A stretch of DNA of 64,000 nucleotides from an uncultured Solirubrobacteraceae bacterium (GTDB lineage Bacteria > Actinomycetota > Thermoleophilia > Solirubrobacterales > Solirubrobacteraceae), in the NCBI GenBank assembly GCA_963723265.1, contig CAVRPY010000004.1:167063-231062 (forward strand). Reading direction: 5' to 3'. Positions 22,149-31,762 of the stretch are shown one piece after another (position 1 is the first letter of the stretch; each line of letters begins with the position of its first letter). The notes under the pieces are model-generated. The model was not told the DNA's origin. It did no database searches and worked only from the letters and a program-made list of their open reading frames with translations. The translations under genes were made by a program, and so were the position numbers.

Positions 22149-24251
22149 CTAGCTGCCGGCGGGCGCCGGGTCGTCGGCGGGGGTGGCGGCGGTGCCGTCA
22201 GCCGGGGTCGCGGCTTGGGCCGGGGTCGGCGCGTCGGCGGCGGTCGTGGCGGGGTCGGCCGGGGCGTCGGCGGTCGTCGTGGGGTCGGCGGCGTCGGCGG
22301 CGGGGACCTCGCTGGGCGCCGGCGGCGCGGTGTCGAGCGTGATGCCGACCGGGACCTCGACGGGGGTCGTGGGCGTGTCGGGGGCCGGCGGCGCCGTCGG
22401 ATCGGTGGGGTCCGTCGTCGGGACGGGGTCCGGCGCGGTCGACGTGACCGTCGAGCCGGTGCTGGTCGCCGACGGCGGGACCACGGAGGCGTTGGCCTCG
22501 TCGTCGGGCGGGATGTCCAGCGGCAGCAGGATCTCGGTCACGGGCGCGGGCTCAGCGGCGGGGGCGGGATCCGCGGCGGGCGTGTCGGTGGCGGGCTGGT
22601 CGCCGGTCGAGGGCTTGTCGCCGGTGCAGGCGCTGCCGTCGGCGGGCTGGTCGCCCGTCGGGGTGTCGGCCGACGGCGCAGTCGTCCCGTCGCCCGGCTG
22701 CTGGTCAGCGGCCGACTGGTCGGTCGACGCAGCATCGCTCGACGACCCGTCACCTGCCGGCTTGTCCCGACGGCTGGTCCCCGACGGCGCAGTCGTCCCG
22801 TCGCCCGGCTGCTGGTCAGCGGCCGACTGGTCGGTCGACGCAGCATCGCTCGACGACCCGTCACCTGCCGGCTTGTCCCCCGACGGCGCAGTCGTCCCGT
22901 CGCCCGGCTGCTGGTCAGCGGCCGACTGGTCGGTCGACGCAGCATCGCTCGACGACCCGTCACCTGCCGGCTTGTCCCCCGACGGCTGGTCGCCCGACGG
23001 CGCAGTCGTCCCGTCGCCCGGCTGCTGGTCAGCGGCCGACTGGTCGGTCGACGCAGCATCGCTCGACGACCCGTCACCTGCCGGCTTGTCCCCCGACGGC
23101 TGGTTGCCCGACGCCTGGTCGCAAGGCGGCTGGTCACCGGACGGCTGATCGCCAGACGGCTGATCGCCAGACGGCTGATCCCCGGACGGCTGATCGCTGG
23201 ACGGCTGGTGGTCCCACGGCTTGTCGCCCCACGGGTGATGGTGTGACGGCTGATCGCTGGACGGCTGATCGCCAGACGGCTGGCCGTCGGCCGGTGCGTC
23301 GTTGCCCGGCTGGTCGGACGGCGTGTCCCCGGAGGGCGGCGTCGTCTCGTCAGCAGGCGGCGCGGGCGCGGTCAGCGGCAGCGTCACCTGGATCACGTTG
23401 CTGTTGCCGTCGCCGTCGCCCAGATCCGTCGCCGTGTTCGTCGTGACGGTCGTCTGCACGACGTCCATGCGCAGGCGCACCTGGCGGCCCAGCGACCCAT
23501 CGCTCTGCGCAGAGTCGACGACGTCCACACGGGCACGCATCGCCTGACCGGGCGCGCTCAGCGCTGTCGCATCCGGCGCCAGATTGAGGTTGAGATAGCG
23601 GCGCACCTCACCGCTGTCGGCGTACTCGAGCGCCATGCTGACGGTGTAGCGCGGCTGGCTGTCCGTCGAGCTGGCGGCGCTGGCCAGGTTGAGCACGCGC
23701 AGCCGGGTGCGGCGCCGCCCGAGCAGGATCGCCGCACCGTTGGTGGCCGAGCTCTTTCCGTCGGCCGCCGTGCCGTCACCGCTGGCCGGCGCGTTCGCGC
23801 TGCCCGGCGCCGTCGCTGACGGCTGGCCGGACGAAGGCGACTGGCCGGACGAAGGCGACTGGCCGATCCCACCCACCGACGGGGTGCGCGTGCGACCGAT
23901 CTTGTCGAGCCCGCCACCGCGGCTCTTGGCCGGCTGGCTTGTGGCCGAGCGGCGACCGCCGCTCGGCTGGGCGGCCGCGGCGGCCGGGGTGGCGCCTGCG
24001 GTCACCGTGCCGGTGCCGCCCGGGTCGAGCGAGACGCCCAGCTGCGGAAACGCAGCCAGGCCGCCGATCGAGGCCTGGGTCGTCGGTTCGGCGAGGCGCA
24101 TCTCGCGGACGTTCTGACGGTCGGACGAATCGGCAAACGGCCCCGTCCCCAGAGACGCGGTGATCGCCGCGCCAAGCACGACCGCCGACAGGCACAGCGT
24201 CGCGGATGCCGGCACGCCGAACTTAAGCCCCCTGCGCAGAGGTTCGTCCAC
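22149..24251 (-). CDS. Secreted/anchored low-complexity protein with D/S/P/T-rich tandem repeats
   Basis: 700-aa ORF; hydrophobic N-terminus, a ~110-aa beta-rich segment, then DQPSG pentapeptides and 33-aa repeats. Confidence 0.6.
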   Translation of the reverse strand: MDEPLRRGLKFGVPASATLCLSAVVLGAAITASLGTGPFADSSDRQNVREMRLAEPTTQASIGGLAAFPQLGVSLDPGGTGTVTAGATPAAAAAQPSGGRRSATSQPAKSRGGGLDKIGRTRTPSVGGIGQSPSSGQSPSSGQPSATAPGSANAPASGDGTAADGKSSATNGAAILLGRRRTRLRVLNLASAASSTDSQPRYTVSMALEYADSGEVRRYLNLNLAPDATALSAPGQAMRARVDVVDSAQSDGSLGRQVRLRMDVVQTTVTTNTATDLGDGDGNSNVIQVTLPLTAPAPPADETTPPSGDTPSDQPGNDAPADGQPSGDQPSSDQPSHHHPWGDKPWDHQPSSDQPSGDQPSGDQPSGDQPSGDQPPCDQASGNQPSGDKPAGDGSSSDAASTDQSAADQQPGDGTTAPSGDQPSGDKPAGDGSSSDAASTDQSAADQQPGDGTTAPSGDKPAGDGSSSDAASTDQSAADQQPGDGTTAPSGTSRRDKPAGDGSSSDAASTDQSAADQQPGDGTTAPSADTPTGDQPADGSACTGDKPSTGDQPATDTPAADPAPAAEPAPVTEILLPLDIPPDDEANASVVPPSATSTGSTVTSTAPDPVPTTDPTDPTAPPAPDTPTTPVEVPVGITLDTAPPAPSEVPAADAADPTTTADAPADPATTAADAPTPAQAATPADGTAATPADDPAPAGS
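22671..23093. repeat. Four near-identical 99-bp tandem units (starts 22671, 22782, 22881, 22995)
   Basis: Unit cgacggcgcagtcgtcccgtcg...gccggcttgtccc; start-to-start spacings 111/99/114 are all multiples of 3. Confidence 0.92.
23094..23283. repeat. Degenerate 15-bp repeats encoding DQPS(G/S)
   Basis: gacggctgatcgcca-type units repeated about 12 times. Confidence 0.8.
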
Positions 24252-24397
24252 GCGTCCAGTATCGGCGATCAGCGCTCAAGGCTTTAGTCCGTCTGACGAC
24301 AAACCCCAAACCGGTGCTGCGCGGGCGCGCGCTACGCGGGAGGCGCGGCGCCCGCGCTACCGGCAAGTTCCATCGGGTTCCAATATAGTTCTCCGAT

Positions 24398-24859
24398 ATG
24401 AACGCCGGCGCGCTCACCGACCGTCCCGCCGCGATCGACGAGATCACCGCGCATCTGCTGCCGCGCGCGTCCCAGCTCACGCGCCTGCTGCTGGGCGCGG
24501 GCAGCCGCTCGCTGACCCGCGCCGAAGGCGGTCTGCTCAGCACCCTCGGCGACGGCCCGCGGCGCATCACCGAGCTGGCGGTCACCGAGGTGCTGGCCCA
24601 GCCCACCGTCACCCAGCTCGTCGACCGGCTCGAGCGTCGCGGCCTCGTGCGACGCGACCGCGACGCCGGCGACCGGCGGGTCGTGCTCGTCTCCATCACC
24701 GACGACGGCCGCTCGGTGCTGGAACGGGTCCGCGACGAGTACCGCGTCGTGCTTCGCGCCGCCGCACAGGCCCTCCCCGACGACGACCTCGCCGCCCTGG
24801 CCAGTGCCGCGGAGGCGCTGGAGCGGCTGATCGGCGCGGTGCAGGAGACGCGCTCGTGA
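24398..24859 (+). CDS. MarR-family transcriptional regulator (probably leaderless)
   Basis: ITELA...QPTVTQLVDRLE..GLV.R...DRR...IT..G; TATAGT at 24384-24389. Confidence 0.9.
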   Translation: MNAGALTDRPAAIDEITAHLLPRASQLTRLLLGAGSRSLTRAEGGLLSTLGDGPRRITELAVTEVLAQPTVTQLVDRLERRGLVRRDRDAGDRRVVLVSITDDGRSVLERVRDEYRVVLRAAAQALPDDDLAALASAAEALERLIGAVQETRS

Positions 24860-26307
24860 CCCGCGGCCAGCGCTCGCCCGGGCTGCTGACCGCCGTCCTC
24901 GTCTTCGTGACCACCGTCGCCGCGGTCGTCAGCTCGCTCGGCGCCCCGCTGATCCCCTCGATCGCGCGCGATCTGCACGTGCCGCTCAGCACCGCCCAGT
25001 GGTCACTGACCGCCGCGCTGCTGATCGGCGCTGTGAGCGCACCGATCATGGGGCGGTTGGGCGACGGCCCGCGCCGCCGCGCAACCTTGCTGGCCGGTCT
25101 CAGCATCGTGACGCTCGGCGGCGTGCTGTCCGCGGTGGCCACGTCGCTCGCGATACTGGTCGCCGGGCGCGCGATGCAGGGTGTCGGTCTCGGCCTGGTC
25201 CCCCTGACCATGGCCGCCGCCCGCGACCACCTGCCGCGCCCGCGCATCGCCCCCGCCGTGGCACTGCTGTCGGTCGCGGCCGCCGCCGGCGTCGGGCTGG
25301 GCTACCCGCTCAGCGGACTGATCGCCGACGTCGCGGGCCTGTCGGCCGCCTACTGGTTCGGTGCGCTGGTCAGCGGCAGCGCGCTGCTGGCCACGCTCGT
25401 GATCGTCCCGCGCAGCCGCTCCACCGACGACGCGCCGCTGGACGTCGCTGGCGCGCTGCTCCTCGGCGCCGCGCTCGTGGCCCTCCTCCTGGCCATTGCC
25501 GAGGGCAAGAGCTGGGGCTGGTCGTCCGCGACGATCATCGGCCTGTTCGCCGGCTCGCTGGTGCTGTTCGCCATTTGGACCCGCCACCAGATGCGCGCCG
25601 CCGCGCCGCTGGTGGACCTGCGCCTGTTGCGCCACCCGGCGGTGCTCACCGGGGACGTCTGCGCCACCGTCCTGGGCGTGGCGATGTACATGTACCTGTC
25701 GATGGTCACGGAGTTCGTGCAGACGCCCCCGTCGGCGGGCTACGGCTTCGGGGCCAGCGTCGTCGTCGCGGGACTGTGCCTCGTGCCGTTCTCCGTGCTC
25801 AGCGTCGCCTCGGCGCAACTGCTGCCGTGGCTGGCCCGGACGATCGGCGAGCGCGCGACCCTTCCGCTCGGATGCCTCTTCGTCGCCGCCGCCGGCGTCT
25901 TCTTCGCCCTCGGGCACGGCGCGCTCTGGCAGGCCTTCGTGACGATGTCGATCGTCGGGATCGGCATGGGCGCGACCTTCGCCGCGATTCCGGGCATGAT
26001 CGTGCGCGCCGTGCCCGATCGCGAGACGGGCAGTGCGATGGGCTTCTACCAAGTGGTCCGCTACGTCGGCTTCTCGCTGGGCAGCGCACTCGCAGCCTCG
26101 ATCCTCGCGGCCCACACGGCCCCGGGGGAGCACCTGCCCGGGCTGGGCGGGTACACGACCGCCATGTGGGTGGCGATCGCCATCTGCATCCTCGCGGCCG
26201 GGTTGGCCTGGTGGTTGCCCGAGCGCCGCGCCGGCGCCCCAGCCGCCCTGGGTGGCGAGGACGCCGAGCTGGGCACGGCCGGGCTGGTGGGCATCGAGCG
26301 CCCCTAG
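24856..26307 (+). CDS. MFS transporter (14-TM, DHA2-like)
   Basis: MGRLGDGPRRR motif A, GRAMQG, PLVDLRLL. Confidence 0.88.
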   Translation: MTRGQRSPGLLTAVLVFVTTVAAVVSSLGAPLIPSIARDLHVPLSTAQWSLTAALLIGAVSAPIMGRLGDGPRRRATLLAGLSIVTLGGVLSAVATSLAILVAGRAMQGVGLGLVPLTMAAARDHLPRPRIAPAVALLSVAAAAGVGLGYPLSGLIADVAGLSAAYWFGALVSGSALLATLVIVPRSRSTDDAPLDVAGALLLGAALVALLLAIAEGKSWGWSSATIIGLFAGSLVLFAIWTRHQMRAAAPLVDLRLLRHPAVLTGDVCATVLGVAMYMYLSMVTEFVQTPPSAGYGFGASVVVAGLCLVPFSVLSVASAQLLPWLARTIGERATLPLGCLFVAAAGVFFALGHGALWQAFVTMSIVGIGMGATFAAIPGMIVRAVPDRETGSAMGFYQVVRYVGFSLGSALAASILAAHTAPGEHLPGLGGYTTAMWVAIAICILAAGLAWWLPERRAGAPAALGGEDAELGTAGLVGIERP

Positions 26308-26317
26308 CCTGCCCGCC

Positions 26318-27271
26318 ATGTGCACCCGCATCTTCTGGAACGACAATCCGGTCGCGCAGGTCGTCTCGCGCACGATCGACTGGGAGTTCAGCGACGAGCC
26401 GCGCATGTGGGTGCTGCCGCGCGGCCTGCGCCGCGGGGGCGACGCCGGCCCGGGCAGCGCGACGTGGGTCTCGCGCTACGGCAGCGTGTCGCTCAGCGCC
26501 TGGGAGGCCGGCACGGGCGAGTGCGTCAACGAGCGCGGCCTGGCCGCTCACGCGCTCTACCTGGGCGCCGCCGGCTACGAGGCACCCGACGGCCGGCCAG
26601 GGATCAGCAACGTGATGTGGACGCAGTACGTCGTCGATCGGTTCGCCACCGTGGCCGAGGCGCTGGACGGCCTGCGCGACGTGCGGGTCGTGCCCCAGCT
26701 CGTGGCCGGCCAGGACCTGCCGCTGCACCTGGCGCTCGAGGACCCCAGTGGCGACAGCGCGATCGTCGAGATGCTCGACGGCCGCCCGGTCGTCCATCAC
26801 GGGCGCGAGCACACCGTGATGGCCAACGACCCCGACTATGAGGCGCAGCTGGCCAACGCGCGCCGCTACGAGGCCTTCGGCGGCGACCTGCCGCTGCCCG
26901 GCGACATCGTCTCCACCGACCGCTTCGTGCGTGCCAAGTACTTCCTGGAGCATCTGCCCGAGCCGGCCGACCAGCTGGAGGCCGTCGCCGGCGTGCTGGG
27001 CCTGGCCCGCAACGTCGCGATCCCCTACGGCGCCCCCGACAGCCTGTTTCCGTCGTATCCGACCTGGTGGCTGAGCGTGGTCGATCTGACCGACCGCGTC
27101 TACTACTTCCAGTCGACCCGCTCGCCCAACGTGATCTGGCTGGAGCTCGACGCGCTGGACCTGTCCGAGGGCGCTGACGTGATCGCCCTCGATCCGCGCG
27201 AGGTGACGCTCGTGGGCGACGTGCGCGAGCGGCTGGCGCCAGCGGCGCTGCCGTTCGGGCGGCCCGGCTGA
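26318..27271 (+). CDS. Linear amide C-N hydrolase (choloylglycine hydrolase/penicillin V acylase family)
   Basis: N-terminal nucleophile M-C-T, R..D, NERGL, MANDP, DRFVR. Confidence 0.88.
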   Translation: MCTRIFWNDNPVAQVVSRTIDWEFSDEPRMWVLPRGLRRGGDAGPGSATWVSRYGSVSLSAWEAGTGECVNERGLAAHALYLGAAGYEAPDGRPGISNVMWTQYVVDRFATVAEALDGLRDVRVVPQLVAGQDLPLHLALEDPSGDSAIVEMLDGRPVVHHGREHTVMANDPDYEAQLANARRYEAFGGDLPLPGDIVSTDRFVRAKYFLEHLPEPADQLEAVAGVLGLARNVAIPYGAPDSLFPSYPTWWLSVVDLTDRVYYFQSTRSPNVIWLELDALDLSEGADVIALDPREVTLVGDVRERLAPAALPFGRPG

Positions 27272-27327
27272 GCCGAAGTCCGCCACCGTTGGGGCGCGCG
27301 GCATAAAGGAACCGGCTGCGCCGGCCG

Positions 27328-28392
27328 ATGGCCCGGTTGATGGCAAGACGCCTCGCCCACTGGCTGTGCCCGACCGAGCTCGATCGCGCGCGCATGCTCG
27401 ACAACTCGCCGCGCATGCATCGAGCGCGCATGATCACCGCCGGCGCGGTGGGGCTCGCGCTCCTGTACTTCACGCCCGAGTACGGCTGGTGGACGGTCGT
27501 CCTGTTCGCTCTCGCGCTGGCCAACCTGCTCACGCTCGACCGGCGCATCGCCGCCAGCTCGCTGCCCGAGCTGCAGGTCGCCGCCAGCATCGTCCTGATG
27601 GAGGCGCTGCTGGCCGGCGCCGTCGCGCTGTCGGGCGGCGCGGCGAGCCTGGCGCTGCCGTGGCTGGTGTTCCCGGCCGCCTTCTCGGCCGCCCGCTTTC
27701 GCGGGCCGGTCGTCCTCGCCTTCGTCGGCGTCGCGATGGCGATGATGCTCGCCGCCGTCGCCGGCGCCGATCCGGCGGGCTTCCTTGACGATCCCGCGCC
27801 CACGCTCATCTCCGCGGTGCTGCTGATCGGCGTCACCGCCTGCGTGTACGTGCTCAGCGCCGCCGAGGCCGAGCAACGGGCCGGCGCCGGCTTGGACCAC
27901 CTCACCGGGCTGCTGAACCGCACCTCGCTGGAGCTGCGCTTCGACGAGCTGGTCCAGCAGGCATCGCTGTTCGGCGAGCCGGTCAGCGTCATCGTGCTCG
28001 ACCTCGACCACTTCAAGGCCATCAACGACGAGCACGGCCACGGCCGCGGCGACGCCGTCCTGCGGGAGGTCGCCTACACGCTGCGCCGCCAGCTGCGCTC
28101 CTTCGAGCTGGCCTACCGGGTCGGCGGCGAGGAGCTGCTGGTCCTGCTGCCCGGGACGGGCCTGACGGACGCCGCCGGCGTCGCCGAGCGTCTGCGCCGG
28201 GCGATCGTCGCCGCGCGCCCCGGCGGTCTGCCGGTGACCGCCTCCTTCGGCGTCGCCCAGGCCCGCGAGGGTGCGCAGCTGAGAGCCACCTTCGACGCCG
28301 CCGACACCGCCCTGTACGCGGCCAAGACCGCGGGCCGCGACTGCGTGCGCGTGGCCGGGACGCCCGGGCCGATGATCGCGCAGGCCGCCTGA
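27328..28392 (+). CDS. Membrane-bound diguanylate cyclase
   Basis: About 6 TM segments, DHLTGLLNR, DLDHFKAINDEHGH..GD, RVGGEE. Confidence 0.88.
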   Translation: MARLMARRLAHWLCPTELDRARMLDNSPRMHRARMITAGAVGLALLYFTPEYGWWTVVLFALALANLLTLDRRIAASSLPELQVAASIVLMEALLAGAVALSGGAASLALPWLVFPAAFSAARFRGPVVLAFVGVAMAMMLAAVAGADPAGFLDDPAPTLISAVLLIGVTACVYVLSAAEAEQRAGAGLDHLTGLLNRTSLELRFDELVQQASLFGEPVSVIVLDLDHFKAINDEHGHGRGDAVLREVAYTLRRQLRSFELAYRVGGEELLVLLPGTGLTDAAGVAERLRRAIVAARPGGLPVTASFGVAQAREGAQLRATFDAADTALYAAKTAGRDCVRVAGTPGPMIAQAA

Positions 28393-28407
28393 GTAGCCTG
28401 GCCGGCG

Positions 28408-28872
28408 GTGCTGATCACCGTCTCGGTCAACGGCCAGGAGCACACGCGCGACGTCGAGCCGCGGCGCCTGCTCGTCCACTTCCTGCGCGACGACCTCGAC
28501 CTGACCGGCACCCACTGGGGCTGCGACACGTCCAACTGCGGCACGTGCGTGGTGCTGATGGACGGCGAGCCGGTCAAGTCGTGCACCGTGCTGGCGGCGA
28601 CGGCGGCCGCCTACGAGATCACCACGGTGGAGGGGCTCGCCCGTGACGGGCGCCTGGACCCGGTGCAGCGCGGCTTCCACGAGCAGCACGGGCTGCAGTG
28701 CGGCTTCTGCACGTCGGGGATGATGCTCACCGCCCGGGCGCTGCTGGACCGCAACCCCGATCCCAGCGACCGCGAGATCCGCGAGGCGATCTCCGGCCAG
28801 GTGTGCCGCTGCACCGGCTACGCGACGATCGTGCGCTCGATCCGCTGGGCGGCGGAGCATCCGGACGGCTAA
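28408..28872 (+). CDS. coxS: CO dehydrogenase small (2Fe-2S) subunit, copy 1
   Basis: [10 protein letters not shown]...KSC; QCGFCTSG; CRCTGY. Confidence 0.88.
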   Translation: MLITVSVNGQEHTRDVEPRRLLVHFLRDDLDLTGTHWGCDTSNCGTCVVLMDGEPVKSCTVLAATAAAYEITTVEGLARDGRLDPVQRGFHEQHGLQCGFCTSGMMLTARALLDRNPDPSDREIREAISGQVCRCTGYATIVRSIRWAAEHPDG

Positions 28873-28938
28873 CGGCCGCGGGTGCTCGATCGTTGTCGCC
28901 TGACGGTCGGTATGCGACCGCTCGGCGACAACGATCCG

Positions 28939-29916
28939 CTAGGGCCCCTCGGCCACCCCGCGCCACAGCGTGACGTGCGTCTTGGGGCGCACGCGCGTGG
29001 ACACCGATCCGGCGCGGCCGGTGGCGATCGCCTGGGTGGCGTCCGAGGTGGTGGCGAAGCGCGCCAGCGCCAGTGCCGCCGGGACGGCCCGGCCGACGCC
29101 GAGCGTGCTGGCGTGCCACAGCTCGGTCAGCGGCGTTCCGCGCACGTCCAGGCGCACGAGCGCGTGACGGCGCACCTCGTCGACGACGGCGTGGGCGAGC
29201 GTGAGCACCACGCCCTCCCCCGCCGCGGCCGCCGCCAGCGCCGCCGCGTTGGACGAGTAGGTGGCGATCTGCGCCGGCGCCAGGCCGGTGCGGGCGAAGA
29301 ACAGGCCGGTTCCCGTGGTCGCGTCCAGCGCGGGCTGCCCGACGATCCAGCGCTCGCCCGACAGCTGCTCGGGAGCGAGGTCGCGCTGCCCGGCCAGCGG
29401 GTGGCCCGGGGCGGCGACCAGCACCAGCCGGCAGCGCAGGAACGGCGCCGAGGCGATCGACGTGCGCTCCGGACCCGGCGCCGGGCCGAGCGCCACGTCG
29501 GCGCGGCGGTGCTCGAGCAGGTCGGCGAAGTCCTCGCCGGCGACGGTCTCGACGCTGATGTCCAGGCTCGCGTCGCGCGCGCCGAAGGCGTCGATCAGCG
29601 GGGCGATGTGCTCGGCCACCAGGCCGCTGGCGGCGACCTGCAGCGTGCGCGGCTGGCCGGTGGTCTCCTGCACCGAGCGGCGCGCCTGCTCGGCCAGCCC
29701 CAGGATCTCGTTGGCCAGCGCCGCCAGCCGGCGCCCGCCCGGGGTCAGCGCGATGCCGCGCCCCTCGCGCACGAACAGCTCGTCGCCCAGCTCCCTGCGC
29801 AGCGCCGCCACCGCGACCGAGACGGCGGCCTCGGTCACGTCCAGCTCCGCGGCGGCCGCCTTGACCGACCCGTGGCGGGCGACCAGGACGAACGACTGCA
29901 GCTGGGCGAGGGTCAT
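28939..29916 (-). CDS. LysR-family regulator, CutR-like, divergent from coxM
   Basis: MTLAQLQSF...GSVKAAA.EL.VTEAAVS...LF.R....LTPGG; same arrangement as mycobacterial cutR/cutB. Confidence 0.88.
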   Translation of the reverse strand: MTLAQLQSFVLVARHGSVKAAAAELDVTEAAVSVAVAALRRELGDELFVREGRGIALTPGGRRLAALANEILGLAEQARRSVQETTGQPRTLQVAASGLVAEHIAPLIDAFGARDASLDISVETVAGEDFADLLEHRRADVALGPAPGPERTSIASAPFLRCRLVLVAAPGHPLAGQRDLAPEQLSGERWIVGQPALDATTGTGLFFARTGLAPAQIATYSSNAAALAAAAAGEGVVLTLAHAVVDEVRRHALVRLDVRGTPLTELWHASTLGVGRAVPAALALARFATTSDATQAIATGRAGSVSTRVRPKTHVTLWRGVAEGP

Positions 29917-29918
29917 CT

Positions 29919-29936
29919 CCTAAGCGATCCCTTAGG
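29919..29936. promoter_or_regulatory. Inverted repeat CCTAAG-N6-CTTAGG, probable CutR operator
   Basis: Perfect 6-bp IR in the 85-bp lysR/coxM spacer; resembles the TTAAG-N6-CTTAA repeat I recall for the mycobacterial cutR-cutB spacer. Confidence 0.65.
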
Positions 29937-30001
29937 TCACGGTTGACCATAGACCGTACCCGCGGGATCGTCTGGCTCGGAGAGAGGGAGCGAGGGTCGT
30001 C

Positions 30002-30907
30002 TTGCAGGTACCCGCACCGTTTGACTACGAGCGTGCCGACAGCGTCGACCAGGCGCTGGAGCTGCTGGCTCAGCTCGGCCCCGATGCGCGGCTGCTGGCC
30101 GGCGGACACTCGCTGCTGCCGATGATGAAGCTGCGCCTGGCCGCGCCGGCGCACGTGATCGACATCGACCCGCTGGCCGCGCAGCTGGGCTACGTGCGCG
30201 CCGACGGCGACGAGGTGCGCATCGGCGCGATGACGCGCCATCGCGCGCTGCTGGAGTCGCCGCTGCTGGCGCAGCGGCTGACCATCTTCGTCGACGCCGA
30301 GCGGCGCATCGCCGACCCGGTCGTCCGCAACCGCGGCACGATCGGCGGGGCCCTGTGCCAGGCCGACCCATCCGAGGATCTGTCGGCGGTGTGCGCCGCG
30401 GTGGGCGCGCGGATGGTCATCCGCGGGACGGACGGCGAGCGCGTCGTCGACATGGAGACCTTCCACGTGGGGCCCTACCGCACCGCGGTAGGGCCCGCCG
30501 AGATGCTCACCGAGATCCGCGTGCCGCTGGCCGACCGCTCGGGCAGCGCGTATGAGAAGGTCGACCGGCGCGTGGGCGACTGGGCCGTCGCCGCCGCCGG
30601 GACGGCGATCACGCTGGGCGCCGACGGCGCCGTGCGCCGCGCCGGCATCGCCCTGGCCGCGGCCGGCAACGAGATCACGATCCCGCAGGCCGAGCAGGCG
30701 CTCGAGGGCCACGTGCCCGACGACGAGCGCATCGCCGCGGCCGCCGCGCTGGCGGCCGCCGGCTGCTCGCCGGTCAGCGACCAGCGCGGGTCGGCGGAGT
30801 ACAAGCGCCACGTGGTGGGCGTCCTGACCGAGCGCGCGCTGCGGCGCGCGGCGGCCCGGGCGCGAGGAGAGGAAGTCAACCCTGGAGGTGAGGCATGCCG
30901 GCGCTGA
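30002..30907 (+). CDS. coxM: CO dehydrogenase medium (FAD) subunit, copy 1
   Basis: PAPFDY, LAGGHSLLPMMKLR, IADPVVRNRGTIGG, DQRGSAEYKRH; TTG start. Confidence 0.9.
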   Translation: MQVPAPFDYERADSVDQALELLAQLGPDARLLAGGHSLLPMMKLRLAAPAHVIDIDPLAAQLGYVRADGDEVRIGAMTRHRALLESPLLAQRLTIFVDAERRIADPVVRNRGTIGGALCQADPSEDLSAVCAAVGARMVIRGTDGERVVDMETFHVGPYRTAVGPAEMLTEIRVPLADRSGSAYEKVDRRVGDWAVAAAGTAITLGADGAVRRAGIALAAAGNEITIPQAEQALEGHVPDDERIAAAAALAAAGCSPVSDQRGSAEYKRHVVGVLTERALRRAAARARGEEVNPGGEACRR

Positions 30908-31158
30908 TCGGCGCGTCCACGGGCTGGTGGGTCGGGTTGGGCATCGGACTGGTGGTGCTCGCCGTCGTCGCGGCGATCGTCATCGCGATCGTGGTGCTCG
31001 CCCTGCGCATCGCCGGACAGGCGCGCGCGGCGGTCGCGGGACTGGAGGCCGTGCGAGCCCAGACGACGGGCCTGGACGGGATCGACCGCATCAACGACTC
31101 GGGCGTGCGCATCCTGCACTCGGCCCGAGCCCTGCGCAAGGTGGCGGTGGGCAAATGA
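30895..31158 (+). CDS. Small single-TM + helical protein 1 (cox-associated)
   Basis: 87 aa; GGAGG RBS; TM WWVGLGIGLVVLAVVAAIVIAIVVLAL. Confidence 0.8.
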   Translation: MPALIGASTGWWVGLGIGLVVLAVVAAIVIAIVVLALRIAGQARAAVAGLEAVRAQTTGLDGIDRINDSGVRILHSARALRKVAVGK

Positions 31159-31487
31159 GCGGCAACGGCGTCTGGACGCTGTCGTTGATCATCGGGCTCG
31201 TCGCCGCGCTCGTCGTGGCCGGCCTGCTGGTGATGCTCGTGCGCGCGGTGACCGACATCCGCGCGTCGGTCGGGCGCCTGCTCGGCGTCGCCGGCGACGT
31301 CGCCGGCCAGACCGCGCACATCCCCAAGCTCGAGGCGACCGCGCCGGTGCTGGGGCTGATCGTCGACGAGGCCGTCGTGCAGGACGGCTACATGAACGCG
31401 CTCACCGACGGCTATGGGGCGGTGACGACGGGCACCACCCACGCGGCCGGATCGACCCGGAGCGACCTGTCGGGGGTGGTCGAATGA
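31155..31487 (+). CDS. Small single-TM + helical protein 2
   Basis: 110 aa from MSGNGVW; ATGA overlap with the upstream gene. Confidence 0.8.
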   Translation: MSGNGVWTLSLIIGLVAALVVAGLLVMLVRAVTDIRASVGRLLGVAGDVAGQTAHIPKLEATAPVLGLIVDEAVVQDGYMNALTDGYGAVTTGTTHAAGSTRSDLSGVVE

Positions 31488-31762
31488 GCACGCACGACAC
31501 GCTGATCCTGCTCAGCGTCATCCTCGCCGTCGTCGTCGTCGCCGTGCTGGCCGTCGCGCTGATCGTCGTGCGTCGCGGCCTGGAGGCGACCGCCGGCGAC
31601 CTGGAGACGCTGGCCGGCGCGCTGACCGACGTCGAGGCGGGCCACCTGCGCCCGCTGGAGCCGGCGGTGACCGCCATCAACGGACAGTTCGACGTGATCC
31701 TCGGCGCGCTGCCCGGGATCGCCGCCAAGGCCGCCGTCGTGGCCGAGAGGAGGCCGACATGA
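31484..31762 (+). CDS. Small single-TM + helical protein 3
   Basis: 92 aa; ATGA overlap. Confidence 0.8.
   Translation: MSTHDTLILLSVILAVVVVAVLAVALIVVRRGLEATAGDLETLAGALTDVEAGHLRPLEPAVTAINGQFDVILGALPGIAAKAAVVAERRPT

Noticed and set aside
22671-23283. Repeat array as CRISPR
   Set aside because: The units are 99 bp, in frame within an ORF, lack unique spacers, and no cas genes are present.
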